Positions 1 to 7,984 of a DNA stretch of 32,000 bases are shown here, one piece after another. A model generated the notes under the pieces. It was not told the DNA's origin, made no database searches, and saw nothing but the letters and a program-made list of their open reading frames with translations. This DNA is from Kiritimatiella glycovorans (GTDB lineage: Bacteria; Verrucomicrobiota; Kiritimatiellia; Kiritimatiellales; Kiritimatiellaceae), in NCBI RefSeq assembly GCF_001017655.1, contig NZ_CP010904.1, positions 840,001-872,000 of the forward strand, in the 5' to 3' direction. The position numbers and the translations under genes were made by a program. Position 1 is the first letter of the stretch; the number at the start of each line of letters is the position of its first letter.

Positions 1-747
1 CGTGTGCACGGTGCGCGGGAGAAAGTGGCCATGGCCCTGGTCTATCCGGGGATCGTGCTCAGCCTGGGGATCCTCACGCTGCTCGGCCTGGTGATCTTTA
101 TCATCCCGCGGTTCTCCGCCGTGTTCGAGGAACTCGGCGGCACCCTGCCGCTGATGACGCGGATGCTGATCGGCGGCAGCCGCTTTCTGCTCGACTACGG
201 CTGGGCGGTCGTGCTCGTGCTCGGCGTGCTGGTGTGGCTGGCGCGCCGCTGGCTGCGTACGCCGAACGGGATCCTGTGGTGGGACCGCAGCCAGCTCCGC
301 TGGCCGGTGCTCAAGGGCATCACGGCCTCCAACGCCTACGCAAATTTCGCGAGGACACTGGAGACCCTGGTCCGCAACGGCGTCCCCATCCTCCAGGCGC
401 TCTCGATCGTCGAGCAGACCGTCGGCAATGCCGTGATCGCCCGCGAGATCCACGCCGCGCGCGAGCGGGTGACGGACGGATCGAGCATAGCCGCGCCGCT
501 CGCCGCCGGCGGGGTGTTCCCGGTTGCGCTGACCGATATGCTGGCGATCGGCGAGCAGTCCGGAGACCTGGCCGGGGCCCTGCGGCACATCGGGCGGCGG
601 TATGAGCGGCGGCTCGAGCATGCCATCGCCCTGCTGACGACCATTCTGGAGCCGGTCCTGATCCTCTTCGTGGCGATCATGGTGGGGTTTGTCGCGATCA
701 GTATGCTTACCGCGGTATTCGACCTCACCAGCGGACTGCAGATGTGA
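1..747 (+). CDS. gspF: Type II secretion inner-membrane platform protein GspF, C-terminal part (gene begins upstream of the window)
   Basis: The frame is open to base 1. The translation shows GspF/PilC-family features: IIPRFSAVFEELGGTLPLMTRML, LAIGEQSGDLAGAL, and a terminal TM helix LEPVLILFVAIMVGFVAISML. It is followed directly by gspG. Confidence 0.85.
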   Translation, partial: RVHGAREKVAMALVYPGIVLSLGILTLLGLVIFIIPRFSAVFEELGGTLPLMTRMLIGGSRFLLDYGWAVVLVLGVLVWLARRWLRTPNGILWWDRSQLRWPVLKGITASNAYANFARTLETLVRNGVPILQALSIVEQTVGNAVIAREIHAARERVTDGSSIAAPLAAGGVFPVALTDMLAIGEQSGDLAGALRHIGRRYERRLEHAIALLTTILEPVLILFVAIMVGFVAISMLTAVFDLTSGLQM

Positions 748-761
748 AACAAGGAGGCGTC

Positions 762-1178
762 ATGAAACGCAAGGAAAGACGGACGGCGGGGCGGGCGGCC
801 CGCGAGGGATTCACGCTGATCGAGATCCTGCTGGTGGTCGTGATCATCGGCATCCTGGTCGGGATCGCCGTGCCGCGGTTTACCGGTCGCGTGGAGCAGT
901 CGCGCGTCGCGGCCGCGGAGTCGACGCTCAAGAGCATCAGTACCGCGCTCGACCTGTACGAGCTGGATATGGGGCGCTATCCGGATGATCTGGAGGCGCT
1001 GGAGAAGCAGCCCGAGGGGGCGGACAACTGGCGCGGCCCCTATCTCAAAAGCGGTATCCCCGAAGATCCCTGGGGACAGGAATATGTCTATAAACATCCC
1101 GGCACGCACAACCCGCACGGCTACGACCTCCATTCCCTGGGCCCCCAGGGCGGCGAGCCGATCACGAACTGGGAGTAG
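762..1178 (+). CDS. gspG: Type II secretion major pseudopilin GspG
   Basis: ATG at 762 lies 5 nt after the AAGGAGG at 751-757. Prepilin leader and cleavage/methylation motif G|FTLIEILLVVVIIGIL with Glu+5. GspG-typical core: LDMGRYP, GPYL, DPWGQEYVY. The track ORF start at 744 (GTG) overlaps the gspF stop and is less likely. Confidence 0.9.
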   Translation: MKRKERRTAGRAAREGFTLIEILLVVVIIGILVGIAVPRFTGRVEQSRVAAAESTLKSISTALDLYELDMGRYPDDLEALEKQPEGADNWRGPYLKSGIPEDPWGQEYVYKHPGTHNPHGYDLHSLGPQGGEPITNWE

Positions 1179-1665
1179 GCGCCGGCCGCGGCGGGCGTTT
1201 TCGCTGATCGAGGTGCTGCTCGTGGTCGCGATCGTGATGATCGCGGGCGTCGTGACGGTTCCGATGATGGCGCGCTCGTTCGAGGGGAGCCGGCTCCGGA
1301 TGTCGACGCGCGCGCTCGTGCGTATGCACCGCTGGGCGCGCAGCCGGGCCGTGCTCGAGCAGCGGGCCCTGCGGCTGGAGATCGACCCTGAAACGGGGCG
1401 GATGCAGATTCTCACCGGACGCTCCGCACCCGAAGACGACGACCCGCGCTCGACCGCGGTCCGCCGCGTGCGTTCGGTGGAAGAGGGGATCGACATAGCG
1501 GAGGTGCGCGTCGGCGACGATCCGGCCGTCGAGGACGGGCCTGTGCGAATACGCTATACGCCCGGCGGGCGATGCGACAGCTTTAGCGTCATTCTTCGCG
1601 ATTCGGAGGGACATGAGATGACGGTGGCGGTCGACGGCGTGGCCGGCAAGGCGGTGATTGAATGA
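1084..1665 (+). CDS. gspH: Minor pseudopilin, GspH-like (start uncertain)
   Basis: Class III signal-like motif RRA|FSLIEVLLVVAIVMIAG, size about 160-190 aa, and position after gspG. No ATG, GTG, TTG or CTG exists in frame between the gspG stop (1178) and the FSLIE motif (1198). The nearest in-frame ATG is at 1084, which overlaps gspG by 95 nt. Confidence 0.6.
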   Translation: MSINIPARTTRTATTSIPWAPRAASRSRTGSRRRPRRAFSLIEVLLVVAIVMIAGVVTVPMMARSFEGSRLRMSTRALVRMHRWARSRAVLEQRALRLEIDPETGRMQILTGRSAPEDDDPRSTAVRRVRSVEEGIDIAEVRVGDDPAVEDGPVRIRYTPGGRCDSFSVILRDSEGHEMTVAVDGVAGKAVIE

Positions 1666-2054
1666 AACGGCGGCGGGCGGCAAAGCGCGGATTGACGCTG
1701 ATCGAGGTCCTGCTCGCCGTGGTGATTCTGGGGATCAGCAGTTCCGCGATCCTCGTCGGCGTCTCGCGGTGCCTCGCGGTCATCCGCAAGGCGCGCCATT
1801 ACGAAAATGCGCGCCGGTTCCTGTATCGGGTCGAACTCGAGCATCCCCTCGACCGCGAGGATATTGAAGCCTCGGACCGCTCGGGATCGTTCGAGGGGGT
1901 GGCGGGATATTCGTGGACGCGGGAAATCGAGCCGGTGGACCCCGAGTTCCGGCCGGGGTTGTACCGGGTGAGCACCCGCGTGCTCTGGAGCGACCGCGGC
2001 GAAGAGCGGGCGGAGGAAGTGACGACGTATGTGTACCGTCCGGAAGAGGACTGA
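1662..2054 (+). CDS. gspI: Minor pseudopilin, GspI-like
   Basis: ATGA start/stop overlap with the preceding gene. Motif KRG|LTLIEVLLAVVILGI. Small size (130 aa) and position are typical of GspI. Confidence 0.6.
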   Translation: MKRRRAAKRGLTLIEVLLAVVILGISSSAILVGVSRCLAVIRKARHYENARRFLYRVELEHPLDREDIEASDRSGSFEGVAGYSWTREIEPVDPEFRPGLYRVSTRVLWSDRGEERAEEVTTYVYRPEED

Positions 2055-2745
2055 TCGGCGCGGGGGATTCACCCTGCTCGAGGTGCTGCTGGCGGTGGCC
2101 GTGATGCTGATCGCGTTCATGATGGCCTTCAGCACCTTCTCCGCCGTGCTCACCGCGCAGCGCAAGGGCAGGGAGCACCTCGAGGCGTTGCATCACGGCG
2201 ATTTCGTCGCCGAGCGTCTGGTCACCGCCCTGCGGTCCGCCGCCTGGTTCCGGGACCAGAGCGAGGCCTACGGGTTTCACCTCGACAACCGCGGCGGGGC
2301 GCTGCCCTACGACGAGATAAGCTGGGTCACGACGTCCGACGCCTTTACGGGTCCCGATTCGCCCTGGTCGGTGGGGACGCACCGGCTGTACGTGACCGTG
2401 GCGGACGACGTTGCGGGGGAGGCGGGTCTGGCGGTGAAGATGTGCTCACCGTTTGCCGATGAAGACGCGCGCCGCGAACTGGAATACGAATCGGTGTCCG
2501 CGGTGGTCCGCGGACTGAACTGCCGGATCTATGATGTCGAGACCGAGACGTGGCTGGAGGAGTGGGAGGATACCAATCGCATCCCGGCGCTGGTGGAGCT
2601 TACGGTATATGCCGAAGGTCCGGAGGAGGACAGCGAACCCGTGTCGTATCGCCGTCTGGTCCGGATTCCGGTGGCCGGGTTCGACGAGAACAAGGTGCAT
2701 TTCGATGAGGATCGGGAGGAAGAGAAAACCGAAGAGGCGCGTTGA
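2029..2745 (+). CDS. gspJ: Minor pseudopilin, GspJ-like
   Basis: Motif RGG|FTLLEVLLAVAVMLIAF. 238 aa, positioned between the I-like and K-like genes, with a 26-nt overlap with gspI. Confidence 0.6.
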   Translation: MCTVRKRTDRRGGFTLLEVLLAVAVMLIAFMMAFSTFSAVLTAQRKGREHLEALHHGDFVAERLVTALRSAAWFRDQSEAYGFHLDNRGGALPYDEISWVTTSDAFTGPDSPWSVGTHRLYVTVADDVAGEAGLAVKMCSPFADEDARRELEYESVSAVVRGLNCRIYDVETETWLEEWEDTNRIPALVELTVYAEGPEEDSEPVSYRRLVRIPVAGFDENKVHFDEDREEEKTEEAR

Positions 2746-3793
2746 GCAGGACCGGGGGTCCGCGCTGATCGTGGCCCTGTGGGTGGTCCTGCTGCTTTCG
2801 ACGCTCGTCAGCACGTTCGCGTTCGAGATGCACGTGGAGGCGCGGATTGCCTCGCTTCAGCGCAAGAGGTTCAAGGCGCGCGCCCTGGCGGAGGCCGGGA
2901 TCGCCTACGCCCGCGCGCTGCTCGACCGAGACCGCACCGCCTTCGCCGATCAGTTCGATCCGGCCGACGAATTCTCCGTCGCGGCGCAGCTGGTGTCGCG
3001 CGGGGTCCCGGTCCGTCGTCACCTCCACCCACTCGGCGCGGGCCGGTTCGAGATCGATATCATACCCGAGAACGCCCGGCGCAATGTCCACCAGCTCTCC
3101 GTCGACGAATGGAAGGAGCTGCTCGCCCGCGGCGGGGTGCCTTCGACGCTGTGGGACTCGCTGATCGACTGTTTTCTCGACTGGATCGACGAGAACGACC
3201 TGCACCGGCTCAACGGCGCCGAATCGGACGACCCGTACTACCGCGAGCGGGGCTACGAGGTGAAGGACGCCCCGCTGGACACGGTCGACGAGCTGCTTCT
3301 GATCAAGCATTTCACGCGTGAGATCGTATACGGCGGGGTGGCCGATGACGGCACGCGCTACGAAGGTATCGCCGACAGCCTTACGGTCTGGGGTGGTGAT
3401 AAACTCCATATCAACGCGGCCGACGAAAATACGCTGTGGACGGTGATGGCCCTGGACGAGAATCAGATCGCGACGGTCCTTGAAGGACGCCTGGGACCGG
3501 ACGGGATCGCCGGCACCTTCGACGACGGATTCGAGACCGTGCAGGAGGCCGGGCTCGAAGGCGATGCGCTCACCACCCGGGTCCGGTACTACCGCATCCG
3601 GTCCCGCGGCAGGGTCGGCGATGCGGTTTACGCGCTGGAAGGGATCTTCCGCAGAAGCGGCGGCGAACTGATGCCGGTCCTCTGGGAAGAAGGGGAGGGG
3701 GGGGATGGATTTGAGTCAGAGTTAGAATCAGAGTCAGAGTGGGAGGAAGAGGGAGTGAGAGACCTGAGAGGGAGTGAGAAACCTGAGGCCTGA
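2705..3793 (+). CDS. gspK: Minor pseudopilin GspK-like; the last ~100 nt run into a repeat element
   Basis: ATG at 2705 gives MRIGRKRKPKRRVEQDRGSALIVALWVVLLLS. This is a GspK-type leader that lacks Glu+5. Internal GspK-like segments include PLDTVDELLLIKHFT. The C-terminal tail EGEGGDGFESELESESEWEEEGVRDLRGSEKPEA is encoded by repeat DNA (3685-3793). Confidence 0.65.
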   Translation: MRIGRKRKPKRRVEQDRGSALIVALWVVLLLSTLVSTFAFEMHVEARIASLQRKRFKARALAEAGIAYARALLDRDRTAFADQFDPADEFSVAAQLVSRGVPVRRHLHPLGAGRFEIDIIPENARRNVHQLSVDEWKELLARGGVPSTLWDSLIDCFLDWIDENDLHRLNGAESDDPYYRERGYEVKDAPLDTVDELLLIKHFTREIVYGGVADDGTRYEGIADSLTVWGGDKLHINAADENTLWTVMALDENQIATVLEGRLGPDGIAGTFDDGFETVQEAGLEGDALTTRVRYYRIRSRGRVGDAVYALEGIFRRSGGELMPVLWEEGEGGDGFESELESESEWEEEGVRDLRGSEKPEA

Positions 3794-3876
3794 AACCTGA
3801 GTAAGAGGGAGTGGGAGACCTGAGAGGGAGTGAGAAACCTGAGACCTGAGACCTGAGTAAGAGAGTGAGAGTAAGA
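3685..3876 (+). repeat. Composite low-complexity repeat element, copy R1 (purine-rich strand is +)
   Basis: Head GGGGAGGGGGGGGATGGA, then hexamers GAGTCA/GAGTTA/GAATCA/GAGTCA (3713-3736), then CCTGAGR heptamer-type units. 3781-3808 (acctgaggcctgaaacctgagtaagagg) matches the reverse complement of the 47-bp unit at 8940-9080 with one mismatch. TGA at 3784, 3791 and 3798 covers all three frames; TAA at 3802. Confidence 0.8.
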
Positions 3877-3905
3877 CCCGTAACCCGATTCTAACGCGTA
3901 ATATT

Positions 3906-3935
3906 TTGCTGAACGGCTTCGCCGGGGCGTATAAA
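3906..3935 (+). promoter_or_regulatory. Possible sigma-70-type promoter ahead of gspL (TTGCTG-N18-TATAAA)
   Basis: TTGCTG at 3906-3911 and TATAAA at 3930-3935, with an 18-nt spacer, in the only AT-rich patch of the gspK-gspL gap. The gspL ATG is at 3947 with no Shine-Dalgarno sequence, so the transcript would be nearly leaderless. This is a pattern match only. Confidence 0.3.
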
Positions 3936-3946
3936 GATAGGTTCTC

Positions 3947-5290
3947 ATGCAGTTGCGCACACGAACGATCAGATCCGTGGTGGCTTCCGGCGGGACGGAA
4001 GTGGACGGCGCTGTGCTTCGTCGCACTCGCGACGGCGAGGTGAGCCTGGACGTGGGGCATGCGTCTGCCGTGGAAGAGCTGGCGGCGGAGGCGCGGGCGA
4101 ATGACGAGTGGGTCGCCGTGCTCGGGAGCCGCGAGGTGTTTCTCCGCATCGTGGATCTCCCCTCCACGGAAGACGATGAGCTGGCCGGGATGGCGGAGCT
4201 GCAGCTGGACGCCACCTGCCCGTTTCCCGCCGCCCAGCTCTATTACGACTACGAGGTGCTGGAGCGCCGGGAGCGAAGCACCCGGGCGGCCGTGGCCGCG
4301 GTCCGGCGCGACCGTATCGACCGGTGTCTGGAAGAGTATCGTGAGCGCGGATCATGGCTCTGCGGAATGGACGTGGCCGTGCTGGCGTGGTGGTCGATGA
4401 TACGTCCGCGGGTCTCATTGCCGGATGAGGGCGTCAGTACGGTGTTGATGTTCGAGGGCGGGGGCGTGGACATGCTCCTGTGTTCCGAAGGCTCTCCGGT
4501 CGCGTTGCGGGTGCTCGATGGGCCGGAGGGTGAGGACGACGAATCGCGTGCGGCCCGACTGGCGCGCGAACTCGAATACACGCTTGCGTCGCTCGAGTCC
4601 GATCTGGGTGAACTGCCGGGCCCCGCCCGCATTGAAGTATGGAGCGGGGCGGAGGAGGAATCGCTGGCTGCGGCCCTGGCGAAGCGGACGGGCGCTGAAG
4701 CCGTCTACCGCGACACGGGTGAGCTGGAGCCGCTCGCCGCCGCCGTGGCCCGTCGCGCCGAAGCGGGGCGGGGAGTCAATCTCGTTCCGGAGGCGCCGCG
4801 CCGTCAGCGCCGGGAGCGGATAGGGCGCCGCAGGTTCTACAAGGCCACGGCGGCGCTGGCCGGGATCTGGGCGGCGCTGCTTCTCTCGGGATGGGTCGCC
4901 TGGGAGCTGCGGCAGTCGGCGGTCGAGGAACTGCGCGCGAAGGCGGAGTCGATGGCGGCGCCCGCCGAAGAGGCGCGCGAAATTCAGCGGCGGATCCGTT
5001 CGATGGAGCAGTTCGGGGATCGGTCGCGTTCGGCGCTGGAATGCCTGCGCGAAGTCAGCGGGCTGCTTCCGGAGGGCGTGGAACTCTCCGCTTATCACTA
5101 CCGCAAGAACCGGGCGCTGGCGTTGCGCGGCAGCGGGCCGGACGACCAGACGGTCTACGAGTTTTTCGAACGTCTGGCGACGACGGAACTCTTCGCAGAG
5201 TTGCGGGACCAGCGCGTCATGACGGAGCGGCGCGAAGGAAAGCGGGTCTCGCAGTTTTCCGTGACCGCCGTGCTGGAGGACGAGGCATGA
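3947..5290 (+). CDS. gspL: T2SS assembly protein, GspL-like (PilM-like cytoplasmic domain + TM + PilN-like periplasmic domain)
   Basis: 447 aa. A soluble N-terminal ~290 aa is followed by a basic stretch RRQRRERIGRRRFYK, a single TM helix ATAALAGIWAALLLSGWVAW, a coiled segment and a small C-terminal domain. Position is before the gspM-like gene and gspD. The assignment rests on architecture and context. Confidence 0.5.
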   Translation: MQLRTRTIRSVVASGGTEVDGAVLRRTRDGEVSLDVGHASAVEELAAEARANDEWVAVLGSREVFLRIVDLPSTEDDELAGMAELQLDATCPFPAAQLYYDYEVLERRERSTRAAVAAVRRDRIDRCLEEYRERGSWLCGMDVAVLAWWSMIRPRVSLPDEGVSTVLMFEGGGVDMLLCSEGSPVALRVLDGPEGEDDESRAARLARELEYTLASLESDLGELPGPARIEVWSGAEEESLAAALAKRTGAEAVYRDTGELEPLAAAVARRAEAGRGVNLVPEAPRRQRRERIGRRRFYKATAALAGIWAALLLSGWVAWELRQSAVEELRAKAESMAAPAEEAREIQRRIRSMEQFGDRSRSALECLREVSGLLPEGVELSAYHYRKNRALALRGSGPDDQTVYEFFERLATTELFAELRDQRVMTERREGKRVSQFSVTAVLEDEA

Positions 5291-5844
5291 CGTTCCGCCC
5301 GAGAGAGATGGTGCTGGCCTGGATCACGCTGGCCGTGGTGCTGGCCGGACTGACCTATGCGTTCGGCGTGCCTGCCCTGCGGCGCTGGAGCGAAATGGCC
5401 GGGGAGCGTGAGGAACTGGAGACGCGCATCTCGCTGTACCGGGGGATCCTGGATCGCAGCGCCGCCTGGTCCGACCGGCTTGCCGAGGTGCGGGAAAAGG
5501 TTCCGGTCTATAAAGAAAACATTTCGGTCACGCCGAAGCTTTTGAAGGATATCAAGTCGATCGCAGACCGGCACGAACTCGAACTATTACGCACTCAGCC
5601 GACCCCGGAGGAAAAAGCGGGGGCCTTGTGCGAAATCTCCGTATCGTGCCACTGGCAGGGTTCGCTCGAGGCGATCACCCGTTTTCTCTTCGATCTCCAG
5701 CAGCAGAAGTGGCGTTTCGATATCCGCCAGCTGTATATTTCTCCTTCGCAGAAGGAGGGGGACGTATTACAAGGGACCATGAGTATTTTCTGTGCATACC
5801 GGCGCGCGGACGACCGGGAGGAGAAGCAGACCGATGAGACGTAA
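5287..5844 (+). CDS. gspM: T2SS assembly protein, GspM/PilO-like
   Basis: ATGA overlap with gspL. 185 aa, with an N-terminal TM helix MVLAWITLAVVLAGLTYAF, then a coiled coil and a ferredoxin-like C-terminal part. The assignment rests mainly on context. Confidence 0.45.
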   Translation: MTFRPREMVLAWITLAVVLAGLTYAFGVPALRRWSEMAGEREELETRISLYRGILDRSAAWSDRLAEVREKVPVYKENISVTPKLLKDIKSIADRHELELLRTQPTPEEKAGALCEISVSCHWQGSLEAITRFLFDLQQQKWRFDIRQLYISPSQKEGDVLQGTMSIFCAYRRADDREEKQTDET

Positions 5845-7984
5845 CGCAGGGCGGTGGTTGAAGAGCGGGCTGGTGGGGATCCTGGCGCTGACTGCGGTGT
5901 GCGCGCCGGCGCCGGGCGCGGAGCAGGAAGCCACGATCTCGTTGAGTTTTGAGTCCGCGCCCCTGGATCAGGTGCTCAACCTGTACGCGGAATGGACGAA
6001 ACGCACCATCATCCGCGATCCGAAGGTCGATGCGAAGATCACGCTGCGCGGCCGTGATCTCACCCGCGATGAGGCGAAGCAGGCGATCGAAACCGTCCTG
6101 GCCATGCATGACGTGGGGCTTGTGCCGGCGGGAAAGAAGTTCCTCAAAGTGGTGCCCGCCGCGGAGGTGCAGAGGGACGGTGTGGACATCGGCATCATCG
6201 AAGACAGCCGGGGGCTGCCCGAATCGTCGCAGCCGGTCACGAGGATCGTCAGCGTGGACCACGTGACGGCCCTCGAAGCCCAGGAGACTCTCAAGCCCAT
6301 GCTGCACGGGTACGGGAATATTCAGTCGCTCGAGCGCAGCAACAGCCTGATCATCACCGCGGCGGCCGACAATATGAAACGGCTGCTTGAGGTCTTGAAG
6401 TTCATCGATCGCGCTCCGGAGAAGATCGAGCCGCGCATCTACCAGCTCTCCCACGCGAAAGCCGGCGATGTAGCCAAAAAGCTTCAGGAGCTGATCGACG
6501 TGGTCCAGGAGGACCGCGGCGGAGGCAAGGCGCCTCAGGCACGCCGACAGGCCCCGCCGGGTGTGATGCGGCCGCCGGACGGGAAAGGGAACGGCGATTC
6601 GGACTCCGCGCCCGGAGCGGGCGGGGGAGCTCGGCCCGCGGGAAGCGGCAGGGACGAGATGTTCGACGGATTTGTTCAGATCGTGTCGGACGAGCGCACC
6701 AATATCCTGATCGTCTTTTCGCGGCCGGATAACTTCGATTTCTTTGACAACATCATCAATGTGCTCGACGTCCCGGTCGAGCCGGCCGTGACCGTCGAGG
6801 TGCTCAAACTCGAGTACGCCGATGCCGAGGAGATTTCAGGGATTCTGAATCAGTTTGTGGGCGCGGCCTCGGAAGACCGGACCGAGGGCGGTGCGGCGAC
6901 GCCGGGTGACGGCGAATCCCAGCGCGTGAGCCAGCGCATCAATGAGTTCCTCGAACGGCGGGGTTTCGCCGCGCGGGTCGAGTCCGGGGCGGCTGAAGCC
7001 GATATCGGCAAGCTGTCCGCCGAAACCAAGATCCTGGCGGATATGAGAACCAACTCGCTCCTGCTGATGGGGCGCAAGGGCGATATCGCCGCCATCAAGA
7101 CCATTATCCGCGATCTCGACGTCATGCTTTCGCAGGTCCTCATCGAAGCGGCCATTATCGAGGTGCAGCTCAGCGACAAGCTGGAGACGGGCATCAACTG
7201 GCTCCAGAAGCTGGCGCATGAGAACGAGGAGTACGCATTCGGATTTGCCTCCGATAAGACCCCGTTCCTGAGCGCCGCGACGAACCTGATATCCCCCGGC
7301 AAACTGACGTATTACACCACGCTCGCCGACGCCGATTTCAAGGCGGTGGTCAATCTCGCCGCCTCGGCCTCCGATGCGCGCATCCTCTCCACGCCGGTGG
7401 TCCTGACCACCGACAACACGGAGGCAAAGATCATCATCGGCGAACAGCGTCCGATTGTGACCTCCACCAGCCTCAGCGAGGGTGGGGTGGCGAGTTCGCG
7501 CTTCGAGTACAAGGATATCGGGATCCAGCTTACGGTGACACCGCACATCAACCCGGAGAACTTCGTCATTATGGACATCCTCCAGACGGCGGACCAGGTC
7601 GGGGATACGGTGACGATCGACGATAACGAAGTGCCGGTGGTGCTGAAACGCGAGATCAGCGCCTCGGTGGCGGTGGACGACGGCGCGACGGTCGTGCTCG
7701 GGGGGCTGGTCAACAGCGAGGACCGCGGATCGGAAGCGAAGATTCCGGTGCTCGGCGACATCCCGCTGCTCGGCCGTCTGTTCAAGAGCGACAGCGATGA
7801 GAACCGCCGCTCAGAGTTGCTGGTTCTGCTTACGCCCTACGTGTTGACCAGTCCCGGGGAGGCCGAACGGATCACGCGTGAGCTGCGCGAAAAGACGGAC
7901 AGCGGCGATATGCTGGACGAGGACCGACCGCTTAAAGAGCTGCGGAAAGCGCCGCCGGAGGCCGGAACCGGCCTCAGCGGCTGA
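5834..7984 (+). CDS. gspD: Type II secretion outer-membrane secretin GspD
   Basis: ATG at 5834 gives the signal peptide MRRNAGRWLKSGLVGILALTAVCAPAPGAEQE. Repeated N-domain motifs are present (NSLIITAAADNMKRLLEVLKFIDR; TNILIVFSRPDNFDFFDNIINVLD; NSLLLMGRKGDIAAIKTIIRDLD). Secretin domain motifs: YKDIGIQLTVTPHI, VAVDDGATVVLGGL, IPVLGDIPLLGRLF. Confidence 0.88.
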   Translation: MRRNAGRWLKSGLVGILALTAVCAPAPGAEQEATISLSFESAPLDQVLNLYAEWTKRTIIRDPKVDAKITLRGRDLTRDEAKQAIETVLAMHDVGLVPAGKKFLKVVPAAEVQRDGVDIGIIEDSRGLPESSQPVTRIVSVDHVTALEAQETLKPMLHGYGNIQSLERSNSLIITAAADNMKRLLEVLKFIDRAPEKIEPRIYQLSHAKAGDVAKKLQELIDVVQEDRGGGKAPQARRQAPPGVMRPPDGKGNGDSDSAPGAGGGARPAGSGRDEMFDGFVQIVSDERTNILIVFSRPDNFDFFDNIINVLDVPVEPAVTVEVLKLEYADAEEISGILNQFVGAASEDRTEGGAATPGDGESQRVSQRINEFLERRGFAARVESGAAEADIGKLSAETKILADMRTNSLLLMGRKGDIAAIKTIIRDLDVMLSQVLIEAAIIEVQLSDKLETGINWLQKLAHENEEYAFGFASDKTPFLSAATNLISPGKLTYYTTLADADFKAVVNLAASASDARILSTPVVLTTDNTEAKIIIGEQRPIVTSTSLSEGGVASSRFEYKDIGIQLTVTPHINPENFVIMDILQTADQVGDTVTIDDNEVPVVLKREISASVAVDDGATVVLGGLVNSEDRGSEAKIPVLGDIPLLGRLFKSDSDENRRSELLVLLTPYVLTSPGEAERITRELREKTDSGDMLDEDRPLKELRKAPPEAGTGLSG

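Noticed and set aside
336-1496. A 386-aa minus ORF. The same class includes the long antisense ORFs at 2600-3409, 5675-6454, 9338-10360, 11133-11978, 12888-13883, 14994-16001, 18224-19186 and 20982-21809.
   Set aside because: All of them lie opposite, or in alternative frames of, genes with clear family motifs. Their composition is dominated by Arg, Pro, Ala and Gly, as expected from reading GC-rich coding DNA out of frame.
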